Positions 39,391 through 48,856 of a stretch of DNA of 64,000 nt are shown piece after piece (within the stretch, counting starts at the first letter, position 1; each line of letters starts with the position of its first letter). A program made the translations under genes and the position numbers. Source of the stretch: Patescibacteria group bacterium (GTDB lineage: Bacteria > Patescibacteriota > Patescibacteriia > GWA2-46-9); assembly GCA_041660005.1 (NCBI GenBank), contig JBAZXG010000002.1:122037-186036 (forward strand), given 5' to 3'. Below the pieces are notes generated by a model that was not told the origin of the DNA, did no database searches, and was given only the letters and a program-made list of their open reading frames with translations.

Positions 39391-41082
39391 ATGGCAGAGA
39401 AAAATCCTCAAACAATATTAAACGACGTGTTCGGCTACCAAGCATATCGTCGTGGGCAAGAAGATGTTATCGCGGCTCTACTAGACGGACGTGATGCTCT
39501 GGTCGTTATGCCAACGGGCGCCGGGAAATCACTTTGTTATCAATTGCCGTCATTGCTATTACCCAGCCTTACTATCGTTGTTTCGCCCTTGATTGCACTC
39601 ATGAAAGACCAAGTAGACGATCTTAATCGCCGCGGCATTCGGGCAACATTTATTAACAGTTCACTTTCGGTTAGTGAACTCAAAAAGCGCACCGAAGAAG
39701 TTCTTGCCGGTCAATATAATTTGCTCTATGTCGCCCCAGAGCGGTTTTATGACCAAGCGTTTGTGCAGCAACTACAAGCTCTGAAAGTTTCATTACTGGC
39801 AATTGACGAAGCGCACTGCATTTCTGAGTGGGGCCATGATTTTCGGCCGAGCTATCTGCGGTTGCATATTGTTGCTGAAGCGCTTGGTCGTCCACCGATT
39901 GTCGCGCTGACCGCCACCGCCACCCCTGACGTTCGGGACGATATTATAAAAGCACTGCAGCTTCGGAACCCTTTGGTTATGGTAACGGGTTTTGATCGGC
40001 CAAATTTGACCTACGGCGTCGTTCGCGCCACACCTTCAGAGAAAATAGGAAAAGTATTGGAATTAATTGAGCGTGTACCTGGACCAGCAATTATTTATGC
40101 AGGTACGCGTGATTCTGTTGATACGTTGCGTGAGGTTTTAGAAGTTAATGACATCAACGTGGCCGCATACCATGCGGGCATGGATAAATTAGACCGGGAA
40201 ACCTCGCAGCGGCGATTCATGACTGATGAGGCGCGTGTTATGGTGGCGACCAATGCCTTTGGCCTCGGTATCGACAAGCCGAACATTCGCTTGCTGGTGC
40301 ATTTTGATTTGCCAGGAACACTTGAGGCCTATTACCAAGAAGCTGGACGCGCCGGACGTGACGGTAAGCCAAGTTACGCCGTGCTCTTATATCATCCGTC
40401 CGACCGGTACCTTCGTGAATTTTTTATCGATGGAGAAAATCCGTCGCCGGAACTCATTCGTGAAGTGTACCGTTATTTAACACAACAGGTCGGAGAGGTT
40501 ATTCAGACAACGTACAGCGAAATTCTTGGTGCTATTGCCATGAAAGCGCCGGACCTGGCGGTGAGTACCGCCATGAAGATGCTGGAGCATGCTGGGTATA
40601 TACGACGTCCACGGGAAGGGGAGATTGAAGCGCGATTGCAGCTGTTGCAGCCAGTTGGTGACGTGGACAAAGCGGTTCTACCGCGCGCTAAAGTGCAGCG
40701 TCAAGTTTGGGAGTTACTGCGCGACCGTCACAGGGACGTACTCGAGGCAGGGTTTCGGTTTTCTGCTGAAGATCTTATTCGCAATACCGATGTTTCTCGC
40801 GAAGCTATTGGCCGTTCACTACGCGCACTAAACGACAAAGGACTTTTGGTTTATCAGCCGCCGTTCCGTGGTCAAGAAATACGGTTGCTGAACCGCGTTA
40901 GTCCTGAAGAATTGGCGCTCGACTGGGTGGCGCTCAGAGCAAAACGTCGTCGCAGCGAACAGAAGTTAGCGCTTATGGAAACCTACGCCCACACTTCAAA
41001 TTGTCGCCGATCGTATGTTTTGCGCTACCTGGGTGACAGTGCCGCGCCCGAAACTTGTGCCGCTTGTGACAACTGTCTTTAA
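39391..41082 (+). CDS. recQ: RecQ family DNA helicase
   Basis: MPTGAGKSLCYQ, DEAHCISEWGHDFRPSY, YYQEAGRAGRDG, terminal CRR..CAACDNC. Confidence 0.95.
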   Translation: MAEKNPQTILNDVFGYQAYRRGQEDVIAALLDGRDALVVMPTGAGKSLCYQLPSLLLPSLTIVVSPLIALMKDQVDDLNRRGIRATFINSSLSVSELKKRTEEVLAGQYNLLYVAPERFYDQAFVQQLQALKVSLLAIDEAHCISEWGHDFRPSYLRLHIVAEALGRPPIVALTATATPDVRDDIIKALQLRNPLVMVTGFDRPNLTYGVVRATPSEKIGKVLELIERVPGPAIIYAGTRDSVDTLREVLEVNDINVAAYHAGMDKLDRETSQRRFMTDEARVMVATNAFGLGIDKPNIRLLVHFDLPGTLEAYYQEAGRAGRDGKPSYAVLLYHPSDRYLREFFIDGENPSPELIREVYRYLTQQVGEVIQTTYSEILGAIAMKAPDLAVSTAMKMLEHAGYIRRPREGEIEARLQLLQPVGDVDKAVLPRAKVQRQVWELLRDRHRDVLEAGFRFSAEDLIRNTDVSREAIGRSLRALNDKGLLVYQPPFRGQEIRLLNRVSPEELALDWVALRAKRRRSEQKLALMETYAHTSNCRRSYVLRYLGDSAAPETCAACDNCL

Positions 41083-41087
41083 ACGTT

Positions 41088-41981
41088 ATGCATATTATTA
41101 ACGGAAGAAAAGTAGCAAAAGAAATAACTGGTCTTATTCGTCAGCGGCTCTCTCAAATGCCCGAACCTTTGTCATTTCATTGTTTGTTGGTTGGGGACGA
41201 TCCTGCGTCGCATCTTTATGTTCGGCGTAAAGAAAAAATGGCGCGTAGTTTAGGCATAACTTTTACCTTGCACCATCTTCCGGCCGATGCGTCAGTGGAG
41301 TCTATAATTAAAAAAACGAATGAGCTGAATCAACTGCAGCATGGTTACATTATTCAGCTGCCCTTGCCGCCGGCATTACGCCCTGAAACCAATGATCTCT
41401 TGCAACATATCGATCCTGCCAAGGATGCTGACGGTCTTACAGAGATTAACCGAAATCGATTTTTAGAGGATCTACCCGGTGCGTTTTTACCAACACCAGT
41501 CGCCGCAGTCATGGCTCTGGTTTGCTCCCTCGAAGATAGTGATTATTCGTACCTGCCATTTATGAAGGACGCTGCTCTTGCCGTCGTTCCTGAAATGCTG
41601 CAGCAAAAGAAAGCAGTTATTATATCGGACGGAGACGTGTTTGGCCCGACGCTCGCCGTGGCGCTCGAGCGTGCGGGTATGAGCCCGAGCGTTGTTAGAA
41701 GCGATAGTCCTACTTGTGCCGAAGCAACTGTTATAGCGGATCTCGTGGTGAGCGCTGTTGGGAAACCCGGCTTAATTAACGGAGCGATGGTGCAGATGGG
41801 TGCGGTTATTATTGATGTCGGTACAACACTCGTTCAAGGACACACCGTTGGTGATGTTGATTGGCAAAGTATTTCCAACAAAGCGTATGCGGCAACTCCA
41901 GTGCCTGGCGGCGTTGGACCGGTAACAGTAGCGATGTTGTATGCGAACCTTCTCTATCTTGCTACTAGAAAGAGTGCTTAG
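41088..41981 (+). CDS. folD: Methylenetetrahydrofolate dehydrogenase/cyclohydrolase (divergent)
   Basis: VGDDPASHLYV, IQLPLP, KDADG, IDVG, TPVPGGVGPVTVAML. Confidence 0.88.
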   Translation: MHIINGRKVAKEITGLIRQRLSQMPEPLSFHCLLVGDDPASHLYVRRKEKMARSLGITFTLHHLPADASVESIIKKTNELNQLQHGYIIQLPLPPALRPETNDLLQHIDPAKDADGLTEINRNRFLEDLPGAFLPTPVAAVMALVCSLEDSDYSYLPFMKDAALAVVPEMLQQKKAVIISDGDVFGPTLAVALERAGMSPSVVRSDSPTCAEATVIADLVVSAVGKPGLINGAMVQMGAVIIDVGTTLVQGHTVGDVDWQSISNKAYAATPVPGGVGPVTVAMLYANLLYLATRKSA

Positions 41982-43273
41982 CTGATTGCAAGTTCTGGGT
42001 AGAGGGGGTGTGCAGCGGTAAGTTCTTTCACTACTTTTCGTGCATCATTTTTTACCGTGTCGGATTCGGGGTTCTGCAATACCGTGGCAATTATTTTTCC
42101 AATGCGCCGCATATCGTCTTCGGTAAAGCCGCGAGTGGTTAGAGCTGGCGTACCTAGACGAATACCTGATGGATCCATTGGTTTTCTTTGATCGAAAGGA
42201 ATCATGTTTTTATTCACCGTTATGCCAACCTCATCGAGAAGTGTTTCGGCGACTTTTCCTGAAGTCGAAGTGTTAGCAAGATTAACGAGGATGAGGTGGT
42301 TATCCGTGCCGCCGGTGACGAGCGTCAGTCCGGCTTCGGTGAGTGACTCAGCGAGCGCCTTAGCATTTTTGACGATACAGTGGCCGTAGTCGATAAATGT
42401 TTTTTCTTGCGCCTCTTTTAGGGCGACCGCAATTGCTGCCGTTTGGTGATTATGTGGTCCTCCTTGGAGGCCGGGAATGATCGCTGCATCAATAAGGCCG
42501 GCCAAATCTCGCTTGGTGTTGCTGTGGTACAGGTCGTGGAAGCGGTCGGCAACTTTCGGTACAAGAATCATTGCCCCGCGCGGACCACGTAGCGTTTTGT
42601 GCGTCGTCGTCATTACGATGTCAGCATAAGGCACCGGGCTTTGATGGTCACCCGAAATAATAAGGCCGGTAATGTGTGAAATATCAGCCAAGAGGTAAGC
42701 GTTCACTTCGTCAGCAATACTACGAAAGGCAGCAAAGTCAAAAGCTCTTGGGTAAGCCGTTGCGCCACAGATGATGAGTTTGGGGTTTTCTTTTTTTGCA
42801 ATGGCGCGGATAGCATCGTAGTCTAAACGCTCTGTAGTTTTATCGACGCCGTAGCCGACTGATTTATAAAATTTTCCAGAAAAGTTAAGCGAGTAGCCGT
42901 GTGTGAGGTGCCCACCCTGAGCGAGTTCCATCCCGAGTACGGTGTCTCCGGGGTTTAGAAGCGCAAAGTAGACTGCTTGATTTGCCGGAGATCCTGAGTA
43001 GGGTTGCACGTTGGCGTGTTCAACGCCGAAGAGTTCTTTGGCGCGCGCTCGACAAAGCTCTTCAATTTGATCGATGTACTGATTGCCGCCATAGTAACGT
43101 CTGCCGGGGTAGCCCTCCGAGTACTTGTTGGTGAGTACTGAACCCAATGCTTCCATGACGGCAAGAGAGGTAAAGTTTTCGGAAGGTATCATTTCAAGGC
43201 CAGTGCGCTGGCGATTGAGTTCGTCAAAAATTAGGCTCGAAAGCGTAGGGTCCGTTGTCATCAGGTTTTTCAT
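41978..43273 (-). CDS. glyA: Serine hydroxymethyltransferase
   Basis: SENF, NKYSEGYPGRRYYGG, GGHLTHG, TTTHKTLRGPRG, GGTDNH; start 43273 or 43282. Confidence 0.97.
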   Translation of the reverse strand: MKNLMTTDPTLSSLIFDELNRQRTGLEMIPSENFTSLAVMEALGSVLTNKYSEGYPGRRYYGGNQYIDQIEELCRARAKELFGVEHANVQPYSGSPANQAVYFALLNPGDTVLGMELAQGGHLTHGYSLNFSGKFYKSVGYGVDKTTERLDYDAIRAIAKKENPKLIICGATAYPRAFDFAAFRSIADEVNAYLLADISHITGLIISGDHQSPVPYADIVMTTTHKTLRGPRGAMILVPKVADRFHDLYHSNTKRDLAGLIDAAIIPGLQGGPHNHQTAAIAVALKEAQEKTFIDYGHCIVKNAKALAESLTEAGLTLVTGGTDNHLILVNLANTSTSGKVAETLLDEVGITVNKNMIPFDQRKPMDPSGIRLGTPALTTRGFTEDDMRRIGKIIATVLQNPESDTVKNDARKVVKELTAAHPLYPELAIS

Positions 43274-43452
43274 ATAGTTCATCCTAGACGCCGTTTGCAG
43301 TACTGTCAAAACAGTTCTTGGTTAGTTGCTTTCACTAACAAAGAGACTACGCCGCACGTTTCTAGCCAAGGGTTGCTTCATCGCTTTCTAACAGGTACAC
43401 TTGCTTTATTATTGCCAGTCGTTGACTGGCCCATTTTTTCAAGGGGTAACCA

Positions 43453-44841
43453 ATGAACCCAAGCATATTTCGGGAATACGATATTCGCGGGCTGGTTGAT
43501 AAAGACCTGACCCCTGAGGTGGTGCGCGACATTAGTCGAGCCTACGCAACCTATATGCAACGACGTGGTTTTGACACGGCCATTGTTGCGCGTGATAGTC
43601 GCGATTACAACGCGACCATTCAGAAGCAAACAGTTGTTGCGCTCAGAGAAGCTGGCATGAATGTGGTTGATATTGGCGTTGTGACCGTTCCAGTTTTTTA
43701 CTTTGCTCAACTGTTTTTGAAGATCACCGCTGGGGTAATGGTAACCGCCTCACACAACCCAGTTGGTTGGAGCGGTTTCAAGCAGCTTGTGGGTACGTTG
43801 CAGACTGCAACATCGGCAGAGTTAGCCGACGTGAAGTCACTTATCGAAAAGAAAGATTTCTTGAGTGGTGCGGGCACTTATGAAGAGCGTGGCGGTGTGG
43901 TCGCTGCTTATAGTAAAGACGCACTTTCTCGCGTTACCATCAAGCGACCCTTACGAGTGGTGGTTGACTGTGGTAATGAAACCGGTAGCTTAATTAATCC
44001 CGATATTTTACGGTCGGCGGGGCTTACGGTTATAGAGCAAGACACGGAGGTCGGGAAACCAGCGCCGCATGAACCAAATCCTTCAACTCTTGAAGCACTT
44101 GAGCATATACGTGAAGGCGTGCTTGCCAATCATGCGGATATTGGGATTGGCTACGATGCTGACGGTGACCGTTTTGGCGTTGTCGATGATCAGGGGGAAA
44201 TTATTTGGCCCGATCGCGTGGCCATGGTACTGGTGCGTAAAATTTTAAAGGACAACCCCGGGAGTTCGGTTGTCTTCGATGTAAAATGTACTCAGGCGCT
44301 TATCGATGAGATCGTAAAAGACGGAGGGACTCCGGTGATGTGGAAAACAGGCCATTCTTGGATTCGTCGAAAAGGCCAAGAAGTTGATGCCGCTTTTGCG
44401 GCGGAACGCAGTGGGCATTTTTATTTCCGTCGTGGGCATTGGGGGTATGATGATGGACTGTTTGTGACACTGAAGTTATTAGAAATTATTGCCGCTCAAG
44501 AGAAACCACTGCATGAGTTTATGGCTGATTTTCCACAGTACGAAACATCGCCAGTGTGGCATGCGCCATGCGCGGATGAAGTAAAGTATGCTGTTGTTGA
44601 ACGGTTGACGAAAGCGTGTAAAGAAGAATATGGCGAAGACAAAGTCATTGACGTAAATGGTGCGCGCGTGCAATTTGATGACGGATGGGGGCTGGTGCGG
44701 GCTTCGTCAAACATTCCTGCACTGGTGCTGGTGTTTGAAGGAAAAACACCCGAGGCACTTGAGAGAATTAGTAAACTTTTTGAAGCCATGCTTGGACGCT
44801 ACCCTGAAATCGCTACGCGCGACCGATGGGAAAGTGGCTAA
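43453..44841 (+). CDS. Phosphomannomutase/phosphoglucomutase
   Basis: IFREYDIRG, TASHNP, DADGDR, ERSGH, WGLVRAS. Confidence 0.93.
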   Translation: MNPSIFREYDIRGLVDKDLTPEVVRDISRAYATYMQRRGFDTAIVARDSRDYNATIQKQTVVALREAGMNVVDIGVVTVPVFYFAQLFLKITAGVMVTASHNPVGWSGFKQLVGTLQTATSAELADVKSLIEKKDFLSGAGTYEERGGVVAAYSKDALSRVTIKRPLRVVVDCGNETGSLINPDILRSAGLTVIEQDTEVGKPAPHEPNPSTLEALEHIREGVLANHADIGIGYDADGDRFGVVDDQGEIIWPDRVAMVLVRKILKDNPGSSVVFDVKCTQALIDEIVKDGGTPVMWKTGHSWIRRKGQEVDAAFAAERSGHFYFRRGHWGYDDGLFVTLKLLEIIAAQEKPLHEFMADFPQYETSPVWHAPCADEVKYAVVERLTKACKEEYGEDKVIDVNGARVQFDDGWGLVRASSNIPALVLVFEGKTPEALERISKLFEAMLGRYPEIATRDRWESG

Positions 44842-44859
44842 ATAGGGTAATGTAATATT

Positions 44860-45621
44860 ATGGCAACAACAGAACCAACATTAGAACAAATTTATTTCAT
44901 CGTACTGCCGCTCATTCGCCGAGCCGGGCAGATGCTGGTGGCGCGTCAGCGTGAGCTGTGGGGGAAGAGCGATAAGGAGCGGCACACACGTGGTCAAGAG
45001 ATCGAACAGGAGATTCGCGACTTTCTCGTCTCCACTTTGCAGCTGCTTTTCCCGAACTACGGCGTTCACGGTAAACAAGGGTCAGTGCCGCAGACTTGGC
45101 AGTGGGTAGTAACCCCACTAGACGGTAGCCGCTATTATTTCCGCGGGTTACCACTCTATACCACAGCTATTGCACTTCGGGATAAAGGTGAAATAGTTCT
45201 TGGCATCATTTATCAGCCAGTTACGGGCAATGTTTTTCATGCCTTAAAGGGCGGCGGTGCTTTTATGAATACGCATGCAATAACTGTTTCGAATCAAAAA
45301 GAGTGGGTTGGTACTTCAGCCTATGTTCCTGCCAGTAAACACTTGTTGATTGCCAATAAAGCCGGAGCGGATTGCCACAACCTTGGCGTAACGTCACTGG
45401 GGCTCTGTTATCTGGCGGCCGGTGTTTACGACGTTCTTTTGGTGCCCATTGATATGGCCGGCCTCTTTAGCCAAGCTGCGGGGCTCATTATTGCTCGTGA
45501 AGCAGGAGCAAAGCTAAGCGATGTTTCGGGCGGGGCGCTCGGGGGCGGCGGTAAACTCGATACGCTTCTTGCCGCCACACCAGGGTTGCAAAAAAAGGCA
45601 GTGCAAATTTTTAATAAGTAA
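44860..45621 (+). CDS. Inositol monophosphatase/SuhB-like protein with degenerate active site
   Basis: WVVTPLDGSRYY (cf. WIIDPIDGT), A.KGGGAFMN, LCYLAAGVYD, AAGLIIAREAGA. Confidence 0.75.
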   Translation: MATTEPTLEQIYFIVLPLIRRAGQMLVARQRELWGKSDKERHTRGQEIEQEIRDFLVSTLQLLFPNYGVHGKQGSVPQTWQWVVTPLDGSRYYFRGLPLYTTAIALRDKGEIVLGIIYQPVTGNVFHALKGGGAFMNTHAITVSNQKEWVGTSAYVPASKHLLIANKAGADCHNLGVTSLGLCYLAAGVYDVLLVPIDMAGLFSQAAGLIIAREAGAKLSDVSGGALGGGGKLDTLLAATPGLQKKAVQIFNK

Positions 45622-45628
45622 TGATTGT

Positions 45629-46423
45629 ATGATTGGCGTCTTCGACTCCGGAGTCGGAGGGCTTACGGTTCTTAAAGAAATTCATAAAGAGCTGCCGGGG
45701 TACGACACGATTTATTTTGGCGACTCGGCCCGTTACCCCTATGGTAACTTGAGTGATGCTGTACTGAAGCAGTATGCAACTGAGGATGCTCAATTTTTGG
45801 TTTCTAAAGGAGCCAAAGTTATTGTCGTTGCCTGTAACAGCGCATCGGTTGCGGCGGGAGATTTGCTTCGTACAAATTTGTCAGTGCCCGTGTTTGATGT
45901 TTCGCGTGCGCCAATAGAAAAAGCACTTCAAGTAACGAAGAATAAAAAAATTGCCGTTATCGGTACGCGCGCCACAATTGCCAGCCATAGACATGAACAA
46001 TTGTTAACCGAAGAGGATAGCTCGGTGAAGGTTTTTGCCGTGGCGACGCCACTGCTTGTTCCGCTTGTTGAGGAGCGTGCCTGGCGCTACCCGGAAGCCA
46101 TGCGCATTCTGCGTCGCTATTTGCGGCCGTTGAAAGACGCTCAAGTTGATACGCTCATCTTGGGGTGTACACACTATCCGCTTATTGAAAAACAGATTCA
46201 GCGCATTATGGGAAAGCGTGTGCATATTGTGAGTTCTGGTCGTGCCACCGCTGAAGCATTGAGGACTTATTTAGAAAACAATCAAGAGAGAGCAGTGGCG
46301 GTAAGTCAAAAAGGGCAGGAATATTATTTTGTAAGCGGGGACGTTCAGCAGTTTAAGCAGACTGCAGCCGAGTGGCTCGGTAAAAAAATTACTGCGACCT
46401 CAGCCGCGGCGCTGAATGTCTAA
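45629..46423 (+). CDS. murI: Glutamate racemase
   Basis: IGVFDSGVGGLTV, PYG, VACNSAS, ILGCTHYP; ATG 45629. Confidence 0.95.
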   Translation: MIGVFDSGVGGLTVLKEIHKELPGYDTIYFGDSARYPYGNLSDAVLKQYATEDAQFLVSKGAKVIVVACNSASVAAGDLLRTNLSVPVFDVSRAPIEKALQVTKNKKIAVIGTRATIASHRHEQLLTEEDSSVKVFAVATPLLVPLVEERAWRYPEAMRILRRYLRPLKDAQVDTLILGCTHYPLIEKQIQRIMGKRVHIVSSGRATAEALRTYLENNQERAVAVSQKGQEYYFVSGDVQQFKQTAAEWLGKKITATSAAALNV

Positions 46424-47807
46424 AGAAAACGTTATGTCGTGGCAAGGAAAACAGGTCGCCATCATTGGCTTTGGCATAGAAGGAGAAGCGGCTCTTGATT
46501 ATCTTATTAAAAATGGTGCCAAGGTTACTGTTTGCGACAAGATCGACGAGGCGGCTTTAGGAGATCGTTATACGCGCTCACGCGAAAAAGTTGAAGCGTG
46601 GCAGTTAGGCGCCGATTACCTCCATAAACTAAAAGAAGTTGATGCAGTTTTTCGAAGTCCTGGTACTCCTTTTTACAGCGTAGAAATTCAGGAAGCGCTC
46701 AAGAGTGGCGTTCAAATTACGAGCGGCACCAAAGAGTTTTTTCAAAATTGTCCGGCGCGCATTGTCGGTGTAACCGGCACCAAAGGCAAAGGGACAACCG
46801 CAACGCTCATTTATGAGATGCTCAAAGCCGCCGGTCAGCGAGCGTATCTCGTTGGTAATATTGGCAAACCAGCGCTATCTGTGTTGCCTGAACTTACCAA
46901 AGAGGACATTGTGGTGTTTGAGCTTTCTAGTTTTCAGCTGCAGGACCTTGATTCCTCGCCCTCAATCGCCGTTGTTCTTGGGGTAACGGTTGACCACCAA
47001 GATCATCATGCTTCGGTTGAAGAGTACGAAGAGTCCAAGAGTGCAATTGTCCGTTTTCAAAAGGAAGAAGATGTTACAATTACCAACATCGATTATCCGG
47101 CAAGTGAACGCATTGCCGCCGAGACAAAAGGGAGACTCGTGCCCGTGAGTACTGCTCGCCAGCTTGAGTATGGAGTGTATGTTGCTGATGGAAACATCAT
47201 GCAAAATATTGGAGGCAGCCCCATCAGTATTGTCGCTTTAAACGAAATAGGGCTGCGTGGTGCATTCAACGCTGAGAATGTGGTTGCGGCTGTGGCAGCC
47301 GGGAGCGTTTTAGGAATTGAAGAAGAAACAATTGCGGCGGTGCTTAGGATCTTCACCGGGTTGCCGCATCGCTTAGAATTTGTGCGAGACGTACGAGGTG
47401 TCATGTATTGGGATAATTCTTATGCCACAACCCCCGAGACAACGGTTGCAGCCATTCAATCCTTTAAGGAGCCGATCGTGCTTTTACTTGGTGGCTACGA
47501 AAAAGGATTTAATTATCGTGCACTTGCTGACGGCGTTGTGGCCAGTTCAGTGAAAGCTATTGTTGGCATTGGCAAGAACGCACCGCAAATGTATGAAGCA
47601 GTACAAGTTGCAGCTAGTAAGGCTGGTAAATCTGCGCCGCAGTATATTGAAGGAGGAGAAACGATGTCGAGTATGATTAGTGCTGCAAATAGCGTAGCGG
47701 TTTCGGAAGACGTCGTGTTGCTGTCTCCGGCTGCCGCCAGTTTTGATAAGTTTAAAAATGTAACTGACCGAGGAGAGCAATTCAAAAAAGTAGTAGAGAG
47801 TCTATAA
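46416..47807 (+). CDS. murD: UDP-N-acetylmuramoyl-L-alanine--D-glutamate ligase
   Basis: SPG, GTKGKGTT, GNIG, ELSSFQL, LPHRLE, LLSPAAASFD, RGEQF. Confidence 0.95.
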   Translation: MSKENVMSWQGKQVAIIGFGIEGEAALDYLIKNGAKVTVCDKIDEAALGDRYTRSREKVEAWQLGADYLHKLKEVDAVFRSPGTPFYSVEIQEALKSGVQITSGTKEFFQNCPARIVGVTGTKGKGTTATLIYEMLKAAGQRAYLVGNIGKPALSVLPELTKEDIVVFELSSFQLQDLDSSPSIAVVLGVTVDHQDHHASVEEYEESKSAIVRFQKEEDVTITNIDYPASERIAAETKGRLVPVSTARQLEYGVYVADGNIMQNIGGSPISIVALNEIGLRGAFNAENVVAAVAAGSVLGIEEETIAAVLRIFTGLPHRLEFVRDVRGVMYWDNSYATTPETTVAAIQSFKEPIVLLLGGYEKGFNYRALADGVVASSVKAIVGIGKNAPQMYEAVQVAASKAGKSAPQYIEGGETMSSMISAANSVAVSEDVVLLSPAAASFDKFKNVTDRGEQFKKVVESL

Positions 47808-47878
47808 ATGGTATTAACCCCATAGAAAGTCCCGGAGCATTTTATCTGCCACCGAGCGAACTGAAAAAGGGAGTGCGA

Positions 47879-47946
47879 CAGAGCTACGTAAGTATCAAAT
47901 TACACCATTTTGTGCGTACGCACAAAATGGTGTAAAAAACATAATA
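47879..47946 (-). repeat. 68-bp element with perfect 36-bp palindrome, copy 2 (inverted)
   Basis: Reverse complement of 34890-34957 with one mismatch; palindrome at 47900-47935. Confidence 0.9.
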
Positions 47947-47961
47947 AGTGATATTTAACCC

Positions 47962-48055
47962 TTTATTTTTGCCAATACCTCGTCGGCTTGCCGCGAGGTT
48001 ACCATATACTGAGGCAAAAATATCCCTCGTAGCTTTAGCGAAGTGGGATTACCTA
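47962..48055. repeat. Element family F, copy 3
   Basis: Simplest form, CGTAGC-TTTA-GCGAAG; followed by palindrome ACCCCGTCCC-ttta-GGGCGGGGT. Confidence 0.85.
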
Positions 48056-48120
48056 TGTATACCCCGTCCCCTTTAGGGCGGGGTAATTGACTTGCCTGCG
48101 TCGGCTCGAAGACCCGGCAG

Positions 48121-48174
48121 TAAAGTTTTGATCCCCCGGACGCGCATTGTGTGGCGCGTCCGGGGTATCGGGTT
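48121..48174. repeat. Hairpin repeat H1
   Basis: TAAAGTTTTGATC-CCCCGGACGCGC-attgtgtg-GCGCGTCCGGGG-TATCGGGTT. Confidence 0.8.
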
Positions 48175-48198
48175 CGTAGCGTTGTCGCAGGAGAAGAG

Positions 48199-48333
48199 TT
48201 ATGTGTCCTCTTCAAACAAATCGGGTTTGAACATGCCGAACAGCTCTTCTTGCAGCCAATCAGGCAACCAAACGACGATTAGCACGACACCTGCGATGAT
48301 TACGAAAGCTACAACTGCCTTGAGTCTGCCCAT
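48199..48333 (-). CDS. Small membrane protein, 44 aa (not in ORF track)
   Basis: MGRLKAVVAFVIIAGVVLIVVWLPDWLQEELFGMFKPDLFEEDT; RBS GGAGG; promoter TTGACC-16-TAAACT. Confidence 0.7.
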   Translation of the reverse strand: MGRLKAVVAFVIIAGVVLIVVWLPDWLQEELFGMFKPDLFEEDT

Positions 48334-48418
48334 GGTGATCCTCCGGCAAGACGTTTTTTGTTGTTACGGATGGCGCTAGTTTACACTCATGAATAACGCG
48401 GTCAAGTAAGTTTGTTTA

Positions 48419-48473
48419 TAAAATTTTGAACCCCGAGCGCGCTTGTGCATAACGCGCGCTCGGGGTTCGGGTT
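48419..48473. repeat. Hairpin repeat H2
   Basis: TAAAATTTTGAA-CCCCGAGCGCGC-ttgtgcataac-GCGCGCTCGGGG-TTCGGGTT. Confidence 0.8.
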
Positions 48474-48477
48474 GTAC

Positions 48478-48600
48478 CTACACTCGCCAGTAGAAGTAAG
48501 TGTAGGTAACTAGAACGGCGAGGGCTCCGAAAATCCAGCGAAGCTGGACCAATTCGCTGTGGTTTTTCGGATCCCTCCAATAGGCAATGAATTCCCTCAT
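48478..48600 (-). CDS. Small membrane protein, 40 aa (not in ORF track)
   Basis: MREFIAYWRDPKNHSELVQLRWIFGALAVLVTYTYFYWRV; RBS GGGAGG. Confidence 0.65.
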   Translation of the reverse strand: MREFIAYWRDPKNHSELVQLRWIFGALAVLVTYTYFYWRV

Positions 48601-48636
48601 AGCATGCTTCCTCCCTCTCAAGAGTATCTACGCGTG

Positions 48637-48780
48637 CTAGTCCGCGCGGATTCTTGATACCCATTCATTCAGGAGCCATATCCCGTCGTATACAGCAAAC
48701 AGCAGAAGTACGCCGAGTATTACGAGTTCAGGAGTAATACTCGGTTGGTCGTTATGCGTGGAATCGTCGGTCGGTCTCAT
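48637..48780 (-). CDS. Small membrane protein, 47 aa (not in ORF track)
   Basis: MRPTDDSTHNDQPSITPELVILGVLLLFAVYDGIWLLNEWVSRIRAD; RBS AGGAGG. Confidence 0.65.
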   Translation of the reverse strand: MRPTDDSTHNDQPSITPELVILGVLLLFAVYDGIWLLNEWVSRIRAD

Positions 48781-48856
48781 GCAGTCCCTCCTGGTTTTTT
48801 GCACTGCTGCAGATTAAAATTAGTTTAACGTTATTAAAGACAAAATCAAGTTCAAA

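Noticed and set aside
38886-39494. 202-aa Arg-rich overlapping ORF
   Set aside because: Off-frame product of GC-rich DNA overlapping 38749-39330 and recQ.
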